64,000 nucleotides of DNA from a virus. Each line of letters opens with the position of its first letter. The stretch's first letter is position 1. The position numbers were made by a program, and so were the translations under genes. A model generated the notes under the pieces. The model had not been told where the DNA came from. It did no database searches and was given only the letters and a program-made list of their open reading frames with translations. The stretch is from positions 120,281 to 184,280 of IMG/VR virus record IMGVR_UViG_3300040786_000030. The stretch is one strand, 5' to 3'. Positions 1 to 14,839 of this stretch are shown here, piece by piece.

Positions 1-242
1 ATTTATATATGAGGGCAAGTTTTAAAAACGCTAAATCAGGTAAAAGTGACAATTTAATGATACAAAGCGAACCAGATACGATAGATAAGATAATACACAA
101 GCTTTATACACGATATAAGCTAACAAGAACGACAACTGGGTATTACTACTCAATAGATGATAGTTATTCATCTAACGTTACATACGACAAATAACAATGG
201 AAATGACATAACTGTTAATCTATATCAATTAAAAGTATTATA

Positions 243-1022
243 ATGGAATTGATTAAACGTAAAATATTATTGGAAGATAGTATAGATAGAAACTACGATA
301 GCTTAACTTGGGGTCAAGTTACAGCAACAACATTCTATATTAATGTTATGGTTACTCAAAATATTGATAATATGGGTATGTTTAAAGATATCACATTTAT
401 TGAGAATATTACGGGTCAAACAATTACTAACTTAACTGAAACTGAAAGATTAACATTAAGATTACCATCTAAAACAATAGATAAGTATTATACTTTTGGT
501 AATAGTATTATAACTGGTGCTACTGATAGTAAAATTGAAGATGTTAGGTCTTATAATGCGGTTACACCATTTATACCTAACTTTGATATAAATAAGAGTG
601 AATATTTAAACTATAATAATATATTAGTCAATGGTGTTGATAGGGTTAAATCATTAGATGAACCAAAAATATATGTTTTTGATACTGACGATAATTTAAA
701 TTTAGGTACTATAAACCAAACGTCTGGGTTAAAATTTTCAGATTATAGCGGTATCACTAGAAATGTTACTATTAATGATACTAATGTTAATATACCATTA
801 ACTACTGTTAGTTATATTGGTGAGGGTTTCAATGAAACGAATACCTCACTATCTGCATCTATTAAAGAAGAATATTTATTTGGAATTATTTCTCCACCAG
901 AAGTGGAAAACCAAGTATTTATAGATAGAGGTGTAGTATCAATAATGGATATGCATTTAAGGTTATCCGAAATAAAAGATTTAGGTCAACTAAGCCGTTA
1001 TGGTAATGGTTTTATAAAATAA
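243..1022 (+). CDS. putative virion structural protein
   Basis: 259-aa ORF rich in T/N/I at the start of a co-oriented block of structural-type genes; no diagnostic motif. Confidence 0.45.
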   Translation: MELIKRKILLEDSIDRNYDSLTWGQVTATTFYINVMVTQNIDNMGMFKDITFIENITGQTITNLTETERLTLRLPSKTIDKYYTFGNSIITGATDSKIEDVRSYNAVTPFIPNFDINKSEYLNYNNILVNGVDRVKSLDEPKIYVFDTDDNLNLGTINQTSGLKFSDYSGITRNVTINDTNVNIPLTTVSYIGEGFNETNTSLSASIKEEYLFGIISPPEVENQVFIDRGVVSIMDMHLRLSEIKDLGQLSRYGNGFIK

Positions 1023-1044
1023 ATAAACAATAAAATAAAATATT

Positions 1045-1962
1045 ATGAGTCAAGGAACATACGGTACAATAAGACCAGCAGACATTACACCAGCAGATGT
1101 GGAGATATTTTACCATTTTACACCATCTAGGAGTAGTATTGGTAATACTATGTTACAAAAATTAGACCCAAATGAGGTTTTAATAAAGATGGATAACCCT
1201 AATAAAGTACAATCTAACGTAACAGGTACTGAAATTTTTGGTGGTATGTATACTTTAAAATTACCTGTAAGTGTGTTCGGAACTAAAGGTTTTATACCAT
1301 AATGATTAAACCAATAGAAATTCGTACAAAATTACTGATGTTGGTGTGTTATCAGCATATCCTGACATTAAAGGGATTGTATTTGATATTGCAACACTAC
1401 CAACTGGGTTTTAAATAATTTTGAAAATAATGGGTTAGTTGGGTATAGAATTGAGTATTTAACGCCAAATTCATCTAGTTCTGACGCTAAAGTTAATAAT
1501 TTTTTTAGAATTATAACATCTAATAATAGAGCTGAACCAGTTAATCAAAACTTAACTAATACTAACCAAAAGCTATAAGATATAGGTTTAACGACAATTC
1601 AACATTAACATATTGTACTGTAACGCCAAGTTCAACATCTAACGTTAAAGCAAATGTTTTACCATTTATAGGTCAACCAAATCAAGAGGTGATAATTACA
1701 AATACTTTTTAATCCAATTATGATTGAAGTAGAAATGGTACAACATGATATTGAAACTATTGCGTATTCTTTATTTGGAAATCAAACTAAATCCCTTGAT
1801 GATGGAATTTATACTATTTATAATTTTAATAACGATATTTATAAACAATATAACTTGTATGAAATCAAAGACGTATATAGTGGTACACCATTATTTGAGG
1901 TAAGAGAAGAAAGAGCAAGTATTGATTTTAATAAAACATTTACTAATATAACAACAATATAA
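1045..1962 (+). CDS. putative virion structural protein (frameshifted)
   Basis: ORF fragments 1045-1302 and 1720-1962 are joined by coding-like sequence with homopolymer indels. Confidence 0.45.
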
Positions 1963-1972
1963 GGAACAAATA

Positions 1973-4900
1973 ATGAGTAATTCTAAAATTAAGGTAGCTG
2001 GTTACGCAAAAGAGAACTTTTGGTAATGGTATTGAATATCGTCCATTTTCACCAGATTTAGTTGGTGTTCAAATAGCTAGTGATGGTGGTACACCCTTAT
2101 TTACTATGGGTAATTTTAGTATTACTACTAATATGGACCCAAAAGTGATAAGAATTTTGTAACTAATAATTTTTCTAACTTTACTACATTAACTGATTTA
2201 GATTTAACATTAATTAACCAAAATAATCTTTTAAGAGATAAATATGGCGTAATTCTTAATTTAAATAATAATAATTTAGATAATTACGCTCTTTTTGGTT
2301 CATTAAGTGAATTTATTAGAGTGTCGTTAGAGAATATTATAACAAAATGGCCAGCATCATTATTTGTTAATACAACAACTTTTCTACTGATGGTTATATT
2401 ATTAATGGTGATACTTATAACAATTATTCATATGATAGTTTAAGTGATTCGTCAAGTTTTAGAGTTAATACAACATTTATTAATAATAAGTTCCAATTAA
2501 ATATACTTAAAAATGGAACAATATTAGATACTTTTAATGTAAGTAACACTTTAAGAAATGTTACAGTTAATTATACTAATTACTCAGTTTTATTTAATAA
2601 CGTTGAATATAATGTTGTTGGGTTTACTGGTGCAACTTCAGATATTAATGACTATATTTACTTAAAAGTTAAGGTGACCCATTTTCTGGGCAACTATCAA
2701 CAATAGAATACCATATTAAACCTAATAAAATAAATGAAGAAATATTTTTAGTGAAATACCAAAATTTGAAAAATACTTATTAAATCGTTTAATAACGCCA
2801 AAATATACTGCAGAATTTAATTATAGTTTAAAATCTGATACTGGTATATTGTTATACAGTACAGAATCGGTTACTTGGCCAACAAGTGATGGTTATAATA
2901 TTGATTTTGATACTACAGCTTACACGGATTATGCTATTAAGTTAGTTGAAATTTCAACTAATAATGATTTATATACTAGCGATTTAATGAATAGATTTTT
3001 AGTGTCTGAATCAATATCATCTTTGATACAGCACCCGTTAATTTAGGTTATTTAGACCAAGATTCTACGGGTCAAAAAATGAATAAAACGCTACATATTT
3101 ATGGTAGAAATTTTGACGAGATAAACAAATATATAAAAGGGATTTCATTTTCAAATGTTGTTACGTATGATAAACAAGATAACACACCAGATATATATTT
3201 AAAAAATTTAGCTAGTGTTTTAGGTTGGGATTTAATTTCATCGGTTGTTGAAAATGGTTTATTATCAAGTTATGTTACATCAACAAAAGTACTTATTCTG
3301 GACATACTGTTGGATTAACAGCTATTGAGGCAGATACTGAATTATGGCGAAGATTAATTTTAAACTCACCTTGGATATGGAAATCAAAAGGTACCAGAAA
3401 ATCTATAGAGTTTATACTTAAATTTATTGGTGCTCCAATTGGGTTATTAACATTTAATGAATATATCTATAAAGGTGATGGACCAATAGATATAGATTTA
3501 TTTAAAAAAGTTTTAGTACTAAATGGTTTAGATAGTGATGATTTATCTATATACCCAATTGATTCTGATGGTTACCCATCTCCATTAAGTGACTCATCAG
3601 ACATGTATTTTCAAAATAACGGTCTTTGGTATAGAGAAACTGGTGGTAGTAATGCCACTATTGATATTTTAACTGGTAATAACCCACACTTAGGACCATA
3701 TGATGGTGGTTTTAAATATATAAATCAATTTAAATCATTAATACCTAATTTTTCAGCTGTAACTATTACTTCTGAAACTTTAACAATTAATTCAAGCAAT
3801 TTATATATAAATAATGAATCAGGTACGTTTAATAAATCGGTAGAAAATTCAATATTGATAGTGTTATTTTTACAAGTGTTAATGGTCGTAATATAAGTAC
3901 TTGTTATGATTTTAACGCTACAGTTAAAATAGACCCATTACCTACAGAAATAAGTAATAAATGTGGTTGTATTACTGGTGAAATTGATAAAATTATGAGT
4001 CTTTGTATAGTACAAAAAAGAACAGAATAATTCACAATCTACAATTTGTACGGATAAAATGATTAAGGTTACTGAAGATAATGAAAATGGTGTTTATATT
4101 TTGATTATTACCAATATAACCCAGATGGTTCGATATTCCCAAGTGGTGGGGAACCAATACCTAATACTTCAAATTATGTAACTTCTGGTTGTTGTGAATA
4201 TATAGGTGGTATACCAATGTATACTGAGATGTTTGAAAATAATGTGCTGGTTAATGCTGGTTATTTTGTCAAATTAAAGGGTTTGTTACTAATAACATAA
4301 TAATTGCTAATAATGATATGGCATCGACTGTTAATGGTAGTTCTGGTGGTCAATCATTAAATAATGTGTTATCTAACGATACGGTAAATGGTTCACCAGC
4401 AACACTAAATGATGTAACACTTACTCAGATAAGTACTACAAATTACAATGCGAATATTAACGTATTAGATGGTTCTGTTAATGTTAATAGTGGTAGTAAT
4501 GGTAGTTATACGATTGTATATGAAATATGTCAGATTGATAATATAACTAATTGCGCAACAGCAACAGTTAATGGTAATATATTTACTAGTGCAATAGTGG
4601 CTACTAATGATTCTGGTAACCCTGTTACTGGAACAACTGGTGGTGTTTCAGTTTCAAATGTATTAATAAATGATACACTTAACGGTAATCAAGCGACATT
4701 ATCAAATGTTACTTTAACACAAATAAGTACAACTAATAACGGTGTTAACCTTAATGTTAGTAATGGTTCGGTTAATGTTAATAGTGGTGTTCCAGTTGGT
4801 GATTACGTAGTTTATTATCAGATATGTGAAATAGGTAACCCTACTAATTGTAATACCGCTACAGTAACAGTACCAGTTAAACCAGAAGATGCACCATTTG

Positions 4901-6270
4901 TGGTGGAAGCTGATTATATGGTATTAACTTATGAGTTTACAGATGGTCAAGATTTAGATACGAGAACAAGAGTTGTAACACCAATTATTGGTCAAACAAC
5001 AACTTGTGAATATGTTGGATGGGATAAACGTAATTCATTCCCAATTAATAATACTTGGTCATCAACAGTAATCCCAACTGGTTATTTAGTTGATTGGGCT
5101 GGTGATAATACTGGGAATGGTTTTGAATCTGTTTTAATCAATTTAAAACAAATAAGGTTAAATAACCCGACTCAAAATGAGTTAGTTGTAGATTGTAGAG
5201 CTTTTGGTATACAACTAAAGGTAACAACCCAGTTAATGTAAAAGCAACGTTCTATCTAGGTGGTACGATGGTTAAAGGTTCACCAGCGACATTTAAATAT
5301 ACTAATACTGGTTATACTAGTACTTTTGAATATTTAGCTACAGGTGTAGAGGTAACTCAACTTAACACAGCATTTTCACAAATTAATGGTCAAAGAATAA
5401 CAACATTTAACTATAATTTTACTAATAATGTTGGTTACTTTAATAATAATGATGTATCAACACCACTACCAAGTGCGTGTGGTATTGAGTATTCATTCTC
5501 AACAGGTACAACAGCTTCAGGGTCAGCTTGTTTTGAAACTGAATTCCAACTTTAAAATATTCGCATGATGCGCCACTAGTTGTTAATTCATTAATATATA
5601 ACGATAAAAAAGAAACAACATTATTTAATGGTGGTAATTTATATTATAAATTAGGTGATAATTCTTATAGAATAACAGCTAACGGTGTTATTAGTGAAAT
5701 TTATGATTGTACTACTCGTACTTATCCATATTGTGTTGGAACAACTAGATATACAAGTCCAACGACTAGGATTTACGATTCACTGTTATGTGGTGGTAAT
5801 GGCTCTGGTGGTACTTGCGTTTTAGAAGGTACAGATATAACTTTAGCTGATGGTACTACTAAGAAAGTTGAACAATTAATTATTGGTGATGAATTAAAAT
5901 CTAAATTAGTTGATAGTTTAACTACGGATAATGTTGATACTAGTGATTGGAATACTAACGAATTAATATTAAGTGATGATATTGTAACTGTTACAAATAA
6001 CGAACCTTCAAATGTTACTTATGTAAATAGTATTAATGATGGTTTATTAGTTGTTACTGATTCACATATACATTTAGTTAAACATAATAATACATGGTCA
6101 CTAAAAGAACTATTGAATTATCGGTTGGTGATTATTTAGTTGATGAATTTGGAACCGAAATTGAAATATTTAATATTACGATATTAGAAGGTGAATTTAC
6201 AGTTTATGATTTAGGTGTTGAAGATAATGATTTATATATTGCAAATGGTGTATTAACACACAATAAATAA
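1973..6270 (+). CDS. large virion/baseplate-type protein with two adhesin-like Ig repeats and a C-terminal Hint domain (frameshifted; may be more than one gene)
   Basis: Fragments 2849-5555; IWKSKGTRKSIEF motif near 3375; duplicated 'VLxNDTxNG..TLTQISTTN..YxICxIxNxTNC' repeat 4318-4880; Hint motifs 5816-6270. Confidence 0.55.
5816..6270 (+). other. Hint (intein-like/BIL) domain
   Basis: Block A CVLEGTDITLADGTTKKVEQLIIGD, block B VVTDSH, blocks F/G VYDLGVEDNDLYIANGVLTHNK*. Confidence 0.85.
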
Positions 6271-6299
6271 AAAAGATAATATTTATATAAAAAGAAAAA

Positions 6300-8404
6300 A
6301 TGAGTTGTTTAAGTTACGATACGATAATAAATAATGGTGGGTTAATTAATGAGAATATTGATGATTCAGTAAGTGTTTTTGTTAATAATTCTGGTAGTCT
6401 TGTTCCATATATATTAACAAAAAATTGTTGCGAACTATTAAAAACTGGGTATACGTTTGACATTGACACTCAAATATGTAATTGGACTACAAGTACTACA
6501 AATTCATGTTTAACAGAACCAATTAAAATAACTCTAAACCCTAGTGGTGATAATGGTGCTGTTTTCATTATTAATGATGATAGAGATTATAATTTAACTA
6601 TTAGTTTTGATTATTTGTTTAGTCTTAAATGTGAAACTATTTTAAACAAATTAAATGAACCTTATAATATAAATAATTTAAATTGTAACACACCTTTAAA
6701 CATATTTGAAGGGTTAGATGTTTCACTTAATTTAGATATTATTACATCAGCAAACACAACGGAAACTGTTTATTCTAGTAACTTATTTCCAGCTATTGGT
6801 GATGGAAACTTATATGAATATATTACAACTAATGTTGATAGTGGTTTTATGTTTGTGGTGAAGCGAGTGTTAATGAAACATTTACAGGTTGCACACCCTT
6901 TATTATGTCAACAACAGCTGATAACTCTTTTACTGCGAATCTATAATCGTAAATATATCTCAAGGGTTATACTCAGAATCTGGATTAACACCAGAGGAAT
7001 TTGCAACCTCAATACCTGAAAATTCATTTAAATCTAAATGGTTAAGATATAATTATACAATTTCAGACCAAAGTGTTATTGAGTTATTAAAAAATAAAAA
7101 ATAAAATTAAGTCTTGATGTTAATAAAACTTGTACAGATATTTGTATATTGTTAGATAATATAGAGCTTAATAGAGAATTTACAGTGGTTACAGATAACA
7201 ATATATTTATTAGTCAATCACCTGGTTTTAATTTAGAAAGAGTTATAGATAATAAAAAATCTTGGGTTGATTCTACTTTGAATAGACAATCATCAATATC
7301 AAATAATGATGGTAGTAACACTATTAGACAAACAAATTATAATATTAATGATACTAGGTTAGTTTTAAACTCAAAAGAGGTTGATTTAGATATAAGCATT
7401 GCATCAGGTATTGAACATGATGTATGGTGTTATATTGTTGATAATCCATGTCTACTAAGTGGTGTATCAACATGTAATGATTGTACCACAAACTGTTGTG
7501 GTGATAATAAATTAGATTTTGATAATTTAATGACACAACCATTAAGTAATATTTTAACGGTTGAAGATTTTAACCATTATCTAATTTCTGAATTAATTGA
7601 TGCTAAATCAAGACAAACACTTTCTGGGTATCCAACACTTAGAGCGATATATGATAGGTATTTAAATAGTGAACTATATTGTTCAACAGTTAGTGCTAAG
7701 TTTAATTATTTAAATATGGACCAATTTGCTGGTCTTATTGGTGATTATTGGGTGGATATTGTTGAACAAGTAATCCCAGCAACAACATTATGGGAAGTAC
7801 TAAAATATATTCAAATAGTGTATTCGATACACAAAAATTTAAATATAGGTCATATACTACATTACTAGGTTATAACCCATTTTATAATTCTAAAATATCT
7901 AATCCTATTAACGGTGTAAGTGGTCTTTGTAGTGTTGTAGGTGTTGAAGTAGTACAATTAACTACTAATAGTGGTAGTACAATATTTGATAAAAAAATTG
8001 TGTCAAAATATGATAATTTATGTTTAGCACAAATGAATTTTGGGTCTGAATTCATTGGTGGTGTAATAGTTGGTGATAATTATTCTAATAGTGGTGGTAT
8101 TTTTATTGGTGAAAACACATTATACGTGATACTTACTAATACAAACGAATGTGATGAAGGTTTAGGTTCAATGACAGCAACTGTTAGTGGTGGTCAAGCA
8201 CCATATAATTATTTATGGAGTAATGGTGAGACTACTAGGGTAGCTGTAAGTTTAACTAATGGTGAGTCTTGGGTAACAGTAACCGATGCTAACAGAAACA
8301 CTAAAACGATAAATTTCAATAATGTAATAATATCGTGTTACCAAAAACAATATCAAAGTGGAGAAGGTTTGATTTTATGGATGGTTTTGGTTATGGTTTT
8401 ATGA
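6300..8404 (+). CDS. virion structural protein with C-terminal SprB-like repeat (frameshifted)
   Basis: Fragments 6300-7019, 7149-7868 and 7790-8404; 'ATVSGGQAPYNYLWSNGETT...VTVTDAN' SprB-repeat-like motif. Confidence 0.55.
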
Positions 8405-8440
8405 ATCAATAATAATAATAAATAATATAATTAAAGAAAA

Positions 8441-10697
8441 ATGGCATATTTAACGTCGAGAATCTCAGCATCTGGGGTATCATTAAATGATTTAATACAT
8501 ATAGTTAAACCTGATGATTTAACTCAAAACCCAGCTGGTAGCTCGTATAAAATAGCTATCGGTAATTATACTAGTATATTTCCAAATACTTACACTGTTA
8601 GTAACACATTTAACCCTAGTACGTATGATTTAACAATTACTAGAACTGATGGTGTACAACTGACAACTAATTTATCTATACTATCTAGTGATATGACAAT
8701 TACTGGTGGTACATATAATAATGCTAACGGTACAGCTACATTTGTAAATAATAGTGGGTTTTCGTTTAATGTAACTGGTTTTATCACTGGTTTTACTGAT
8801 AACAACACATATGTAACAGGTGGTACATATTCAAGTGGTACAACAACCCTTAATACTAATAGTGGTACTACAGTTTTAATCACTGGTTATACTGATTCGC
8901 CATTTAGTTTAATAAATGAGGGTAGTGGACAAGGTATTGTGATTAGAGCTAGGAACCCACTAAATTATGGTGCAATTGGTGATTTAGCTTTTGATATTAG
9001 TAATTCTAGTAATGCTTCGAATACAGTTGGAGCGACAGGTACCGCCTCATTTGCTCAAGGTTCCAATACGATAGCTTCTGGTATTGCTTCAGTAGCTTTT
9101 GGTAGTAACACGATAGCTGGTGGTACTGTAAGTTTAGTTTCTGGTGTTGGTGGTGTTGAAACGGGTTACGCTAACTTTCTTACTGGTGCCTATAATGTAG
9201 TTACTGGTGGTGCTTACGCTACAGTAGTTGGTCAATTTGCTAATAGTGTGACTAATCTTATAAGTGATGTTAATAATGGTATAAATACTATGTTCGCAGT
9301 TGGTAATGGTACAGCTACAGGAGCTGGAACACCTTGTACGTAGTACAGCCTTCAGGTTTATAGAAGTGGTAGTATATTAGCACCTACATTATCAAGGACC
9401 TTAATTAATGCGGAAACTACTGGTAAAATTTTAGTAACCAAAGAATACGTAACTGGTCTTACAGGTAATGGTATTGTTACTGGTGGAACTTATACAGCTG
9501 GAACTGCTGTATTTAGAAATAATACTGGTGGTACATTTAACGTAAGTGGCTTTAGCACAGTAGCTAACGACACTGTTGTTACTGGTGGAACGTATTCTAA
9601 CGGAACCGCTGTATTTAGAAATAATACTGGCGGTACATTTAACGTAACTGGATTTAGTACTGGTGGTGGTGTTGATGTATTTGTTACAGGTGGAACTTAT
9701 ACAGCTGGAACAGCAACATTTAGAAATATTACTGGTGGAACATTTAACGTAACTGGATTTAGCACAGCCATATCATATTGGTCAGCTGGTACTGGTACAT
9801 ATGGGATATCTACAATTTTGGTGATAACGTAGCTAGTGGTCTTCGTTCAGTAGCTATTGGTTATTTAACAACTGCTAGTGGTGTATCTTCGTTCTCTCAG
9901 GGTCAAAACACTAAAGCTAATGGTGATGGGTCACATGCTCAGGGTGGCACTACAATTGCTAGTGGAATATATTCACATGCTCAGGGTAATGCTACGACTG
10001 CTAGTGGGATGTTTTCACACCTCAAGGCCAATATAGTTTAGCTAGTGGTGGTGCTTCACATGCTGAGGGTGATTCAACAATTGCTAGTGGTAATTTTTCA
10101 CATGCTGAAGGTACTCAAACTAAAGCCACTAATACTGGTAGTCATGCTGAAGGTGATACAACTGAAGCTAATGGTTCTGCTAGTCACGCTGGTGGTCTTA
10201 ATAGTAAAGCTAATGGTCAAACATCGTTTGTTCATGGTGTTAATTCACAAGCAACTGGTACTAACACAATAGTCTTTGGTTCTGGTATATCAGGTACATC
10301 ATCTGACACTATGTACGTTGATAATCTTAATATAAAACATTTACTGGTAGTTCTAGTGTTAGTACTTTAGGTGTTACTTCTACTGGTAAAGTAGTTATTG
10401 CTGAAATTATGCAAAAACAATTACTGGTAGTTACACTTTATTAAGTGCTGATAATGATTATACTATTATCGTTAATAATGGGGCTACGAATATAACAATA
10501 ACAGTACCAACCTTATTAGTAAGTAAATTTAATGCTGGTTTCATACAACAAGGTAGTGGTACAGTTAGTTTTGTTGCATCTGGTACTACGATTAGAACAC
10601 CAGTTGGTTTAAAAATTAAAGGGTTAATTATAATGCGTATATTGAAAAAGTGGGTACAACTGAAGTATTTCATTTATTAGGTAATTTAATAGTATAA
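8441..10697 (+). CDS. tail fibre / receptor-binding protein with YadA-head-like repeats (frameshifted)
   Basis: G/T/S-rich; GGTYxxGTAxFxNNxGxxFNVTGF repeats; 14-aa 'ASGxxSHAQGxxTx' beta-roll repeats at about 9830-10280. Confidence 0.7.
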
Positions 10698-11211
10698 TAT
10701 GAGAAATTTTAGAAGAAATATTTTTAGTAGTGAAATTGAAAGTGGTGGTGTATCAGGTACGTCTTATCAGCTTCAAAACGGAGGACAATCTGACGCAACT
10801 TATAGCTACAGAGAACCAGGAACTAATACGCTAATTAGTACATTTTAGGTGGATTTGAAACTACTACAATTTGTGCTGTAAATGGTTCAGTATCAGCAGA
10901 AAGCGCAATCAACGTATCAGAACTTGGGTCTTGTTAATAATTAAATAAATAATGATTAAATAAAGAGATAAATGGCACAATTATTAAAAAAAATAGAAGG
11001 AGAATTTCTAACCAATGTTGAAACAAAAAATTGGCTTAAAAGCTGTATTGGGCGAAATACAAGACCGAGATTTTATTAAACTAAATGGTTTAATTGCTTT
11101 ATTACAAAATTTTAGTAATATTGAGGAAACAATAGAATTATCTAAACCAATTAATTTTGGGTTAGTGAATAGTATTAACATGGCTAGAATAGAATTACAA
11201 ATTAATTACTA

Positions 11212-12634
11212 ATGAGATATCAAGAAAGGATATATATACAAAACAATAACGATGCAGTTAGAAATAAGGACATATTAAGCTTTAATATGAGTTCTGATAT
11301 GTCAATATTTGAAGGTCCATTATTTAACGTTTCTGGTGCCTCTAAAATCGATTGTACTGGTATTACAAGTTCATATGTTATATCAACAGGTACTACAATA
11401 CCATTAACATTCGTATTCACGGCAAATACTAATAGTTTTACTGCTAATACAACATCATTTAAATATGAAGTTTATAAATTCGATAGTAATTTAACTGCAT
11501 TTACAACGATACCAGTTTATAAATCTAACTTATTAGAATATTCTGGTTTTAGCGGTACAAATAGTACTTATCAGACAATACCTGTAAATCAACTTTTATT
11601 AGATGGAGAATATTTAATAAAAGGTTATTATGAATATTCAAATACTACTGAATACCTAAATAAACTAGGTATAAAAACAGATACATTATTATTTAAAAAT
11701 GGTGTTGAGTATGGTATATATGATAAAATGTAGATTATTATTTTAATGCGATAAAGTCAGCGAGTATACCATTATTTTCGAACAATGGTTCAAACGTTCC
11801 ATTAATTAACTCATTATTCCAACAATTAATTTTCCCAGAAACAATTAGTGCAAATACTATAAATGTAACTGTTGGTTATGTTGGTGCTGTTATTTTAACT
11901 TTAAATGGTGCTGTTTTAGCGCCAACATTAGATTATACTATTGATGGTAGTGTAATCGTTTTAGCTGGAGATGTATCACCTGATGATTTATTAACGTTAG
12001 TTTATACTACGAGTAATGTTAATAATTTATCCAGTGATATACTTTACATTACAACACCTATTGCTAGTGGTTCTACAGATAATCAAGGTAGTAACACATC
12101 ATATTATAATACTACTACTGGTAAATATGAAATATATACTGATACAACACCACTAGAGGGTAATTCAATTTTAGTAATGTTAAATGGTGTTACATTGGCG
12201 AATGGTGGTGACTATTACCAATCAATTTCTAACCCTAAAAGGATAATATTAGAGGTGATTTATTAATTGAGGATATAATAACAATTGTTTATTATCCTAC
12301 TACAACGGTCATTAATGGTTTAATAACGTCAAACCCTATTGTAAGTTGGCGAATAGCTAACTCACCAGAATTAGTAAATGGTAATTTTATATTAGAAGTT
12401 AGTGATAACAATATGTTTAGTAGTTTTATATATACTGGTGTAACGGATTATGTTATCGGTCAGCTAGAATATAACGATAATTTTATTGCTAGTGGGTCAA
12501 TTGGTAGTAAATTATATTATAGGGTAAAAAATGTTAAAGATTATATCACATTTTGTGGTAATATAATTAATAGTACTGTTTACAGTGAAGTAATACCATT
12601 AACAATACAAACTAACGCCATAAATTCATACTAA
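11212..12634 (+). CDS. putative virion structural protein (frameshifted)
   Basis: Fragments 11212-11733 and 12413-12634; repeated 'LNGxxLAxxxDY' beta-rich motif. Confidence 0.45.
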
Positions 12635-12714
12635 AGGTTTACTATTAGATATTTATGACTAAAATATCTGGTATAAAATAAAGTATCTAATATTTATAAT
12701 AAAAACATAAAAAC

Positions 12715-14836
12715 ATGTCATACATAATTAACGGGACAAACCCATTCGTATCGATAAAATTAACTGAAAAGGGCGTGAGCAACTTAGTATGGGTCAACTT
12801 ACGTTTTCACATTGGATTGGTGATTCTGAAATTAACTATAATAGAGAAATAATTGTAGATGCTAATCCAAATGATGTTACATTATCTGCTAGTAGCAAGG
12901 TACTTAGACCATTAGATAAACAACCTAATTGTAAATATTTTATTACACCAATAGGTGCTTCAAGCCCTATCAAATTTTAGATGGTGGTAGTTTAAACGTT
13001 ATAAAAGCTGTTGTTAATAATGAAGCGACTGAAAGAGGTTTCTTTTCAGGGACGACTTATAAAACTTTAACTGGTAGTACTTATTCACCATATTCAACAA
13101 CCTTCTCAAACAGTTACTTAACTGGTGGTACGGTAATGAATGGTTTTACAGCTACAACTAAATTTAATGTTGGTGATTTATTATTAAATTAAATAATAAT
13201 AGTTTATCAGGTGCGCCAGCTGTAAATACTAATACAGTACCAAGACCTAATATTTGGTATAAAATAATTGGTGTTAATAGTACTTCAATAACTGTTGATA
13301 GAAAATTACCTAATTACTCATCACAAAATAGTTACTTATCAGAATTAATTACATATAAAAGTGGTGAGGTTTATGATACAATTGCTACTGGTAATACAAG
13401 CGCATATTGGGATAGTGGTACTTTGTCTTTTGATTCTGCATCTAATATAACGTGTCATGATGTTCCAGTTTGGAATATGAATACTGTTTGGTGTGAAAAT
13501 CTTGCTGGTATAACTGGTTTAACTACAACAAACTTATATGAAGATTACACTAAATTTGGTTCATATCAATATTTGGGTGATAAATCACCATATTTAGATT
13601 ATCCTTGTGGTTCTGACCTAACAAGTACTGCGTCAACATGTAATACTGTTGGTTTAAGTTATGATGATGAAGTATCAAAATCGATATCTATTTTACATTA
13701 TACAAATAACGCTATTTCAAGTCTATATGGGGAATTCTTATATATTGATGCTACAAATAATAAAATAGTTAAATTAATATTTCCAGATTTAATGTACCAT
13801 AGGTCTAAATTTGCTACAACAAGTGGTGTTACCATGGGTATGTCATTTATAGCTACTGGTTCAACAAAATATGTTACAAACACAAATATAGAGTATGTAG
13901 ACTTAATCGAAGACTCAACATATGTTTCAGGAACACCTTTAGTTATTGGTAGAGTATATACTCAATTAAAAACTATTGTAATTCATAATGATGAAATTAT
14001 AGCTGCTCTATCTTACAAATCAAATAGAAACTGGACATTACCAAAATTAGCAGCAACAGTAGCATCACCAAGTGGTGGTACATCTACTGGTATATTATTA
14101 GTTGATAGTACAATTTACTTAACATATTCACTTGAAAGCACAATAGATGGTTTACAAACTAGTCTACCTTGTCAAGATTATGTTAAATTAACAAATACTA
14201 CAAATGCACCTAAAGATATTGCATTTAGAATTAGTCAAACTGATTTATTACCTTTTATGCGTAAAATAGAAGGTGGTTATGATGGTCTAGGATTTTATGC
14301 TGATAAATTTAAATTATTATATCAAATTGTTAGTGATGAAAATACTCGCCCCGACCCAGGCGCTTGGAAATCTTATGATTATACATCCACAGCCATAACT
14401 GGTAATGTTGGTGAAACAATTGACCCTAAAAAATTAGAAATACAAACACCAACAATAACTGGGTTTATGTTAGATACGATTAAAGATTCTACGGCTACAA
14501 TTTTGATTTAACAAAATCATTAAATATGGCGGCAAATTCTTCACCTACAAGTTTACAATTTGGTGATGAACGTTTTTTCTATGGTAATATAAAACATATA
14601 TTGGTGCGACAATTTTCAAAACGATATTTGATATTAGAGTTAACTCTGGATTATTCAACGCAACAACAAATCCAACAAGAAGTAAAGATTTATCAACAAA
14701 CCCACCTAATATTAAAGTGAGTGAAGTTGGGATATACGATATAAATAAAAATTTAGTTTGTATTGGAAAATTAAGCAAACCAGTAGCTTTAATAACTGGT
14801 GATACGATAATGATAGAATTAGCACTAGACTTTTAA
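12715..14836 (+). CDS. baseplate/tail-collar-type structural protein (frameshifted)
   Basis: N-terminal KLTEKGRE..IGDSE; C-terminal VSEVGIYDINKNLVCIGKLSKPV, resembling tail-collar fibre proteins. Confidence 0.55.
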
Positions 14837-14839
14837 AAG

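Noticed and set aside
9470-9770. Near-identical repeats in the tail fibre as a DGR template/variable repeat
   Set aside because: They are in-frame protein repeats, the differences are not adenine-specific, and no reverse transcriptase is present in the window.
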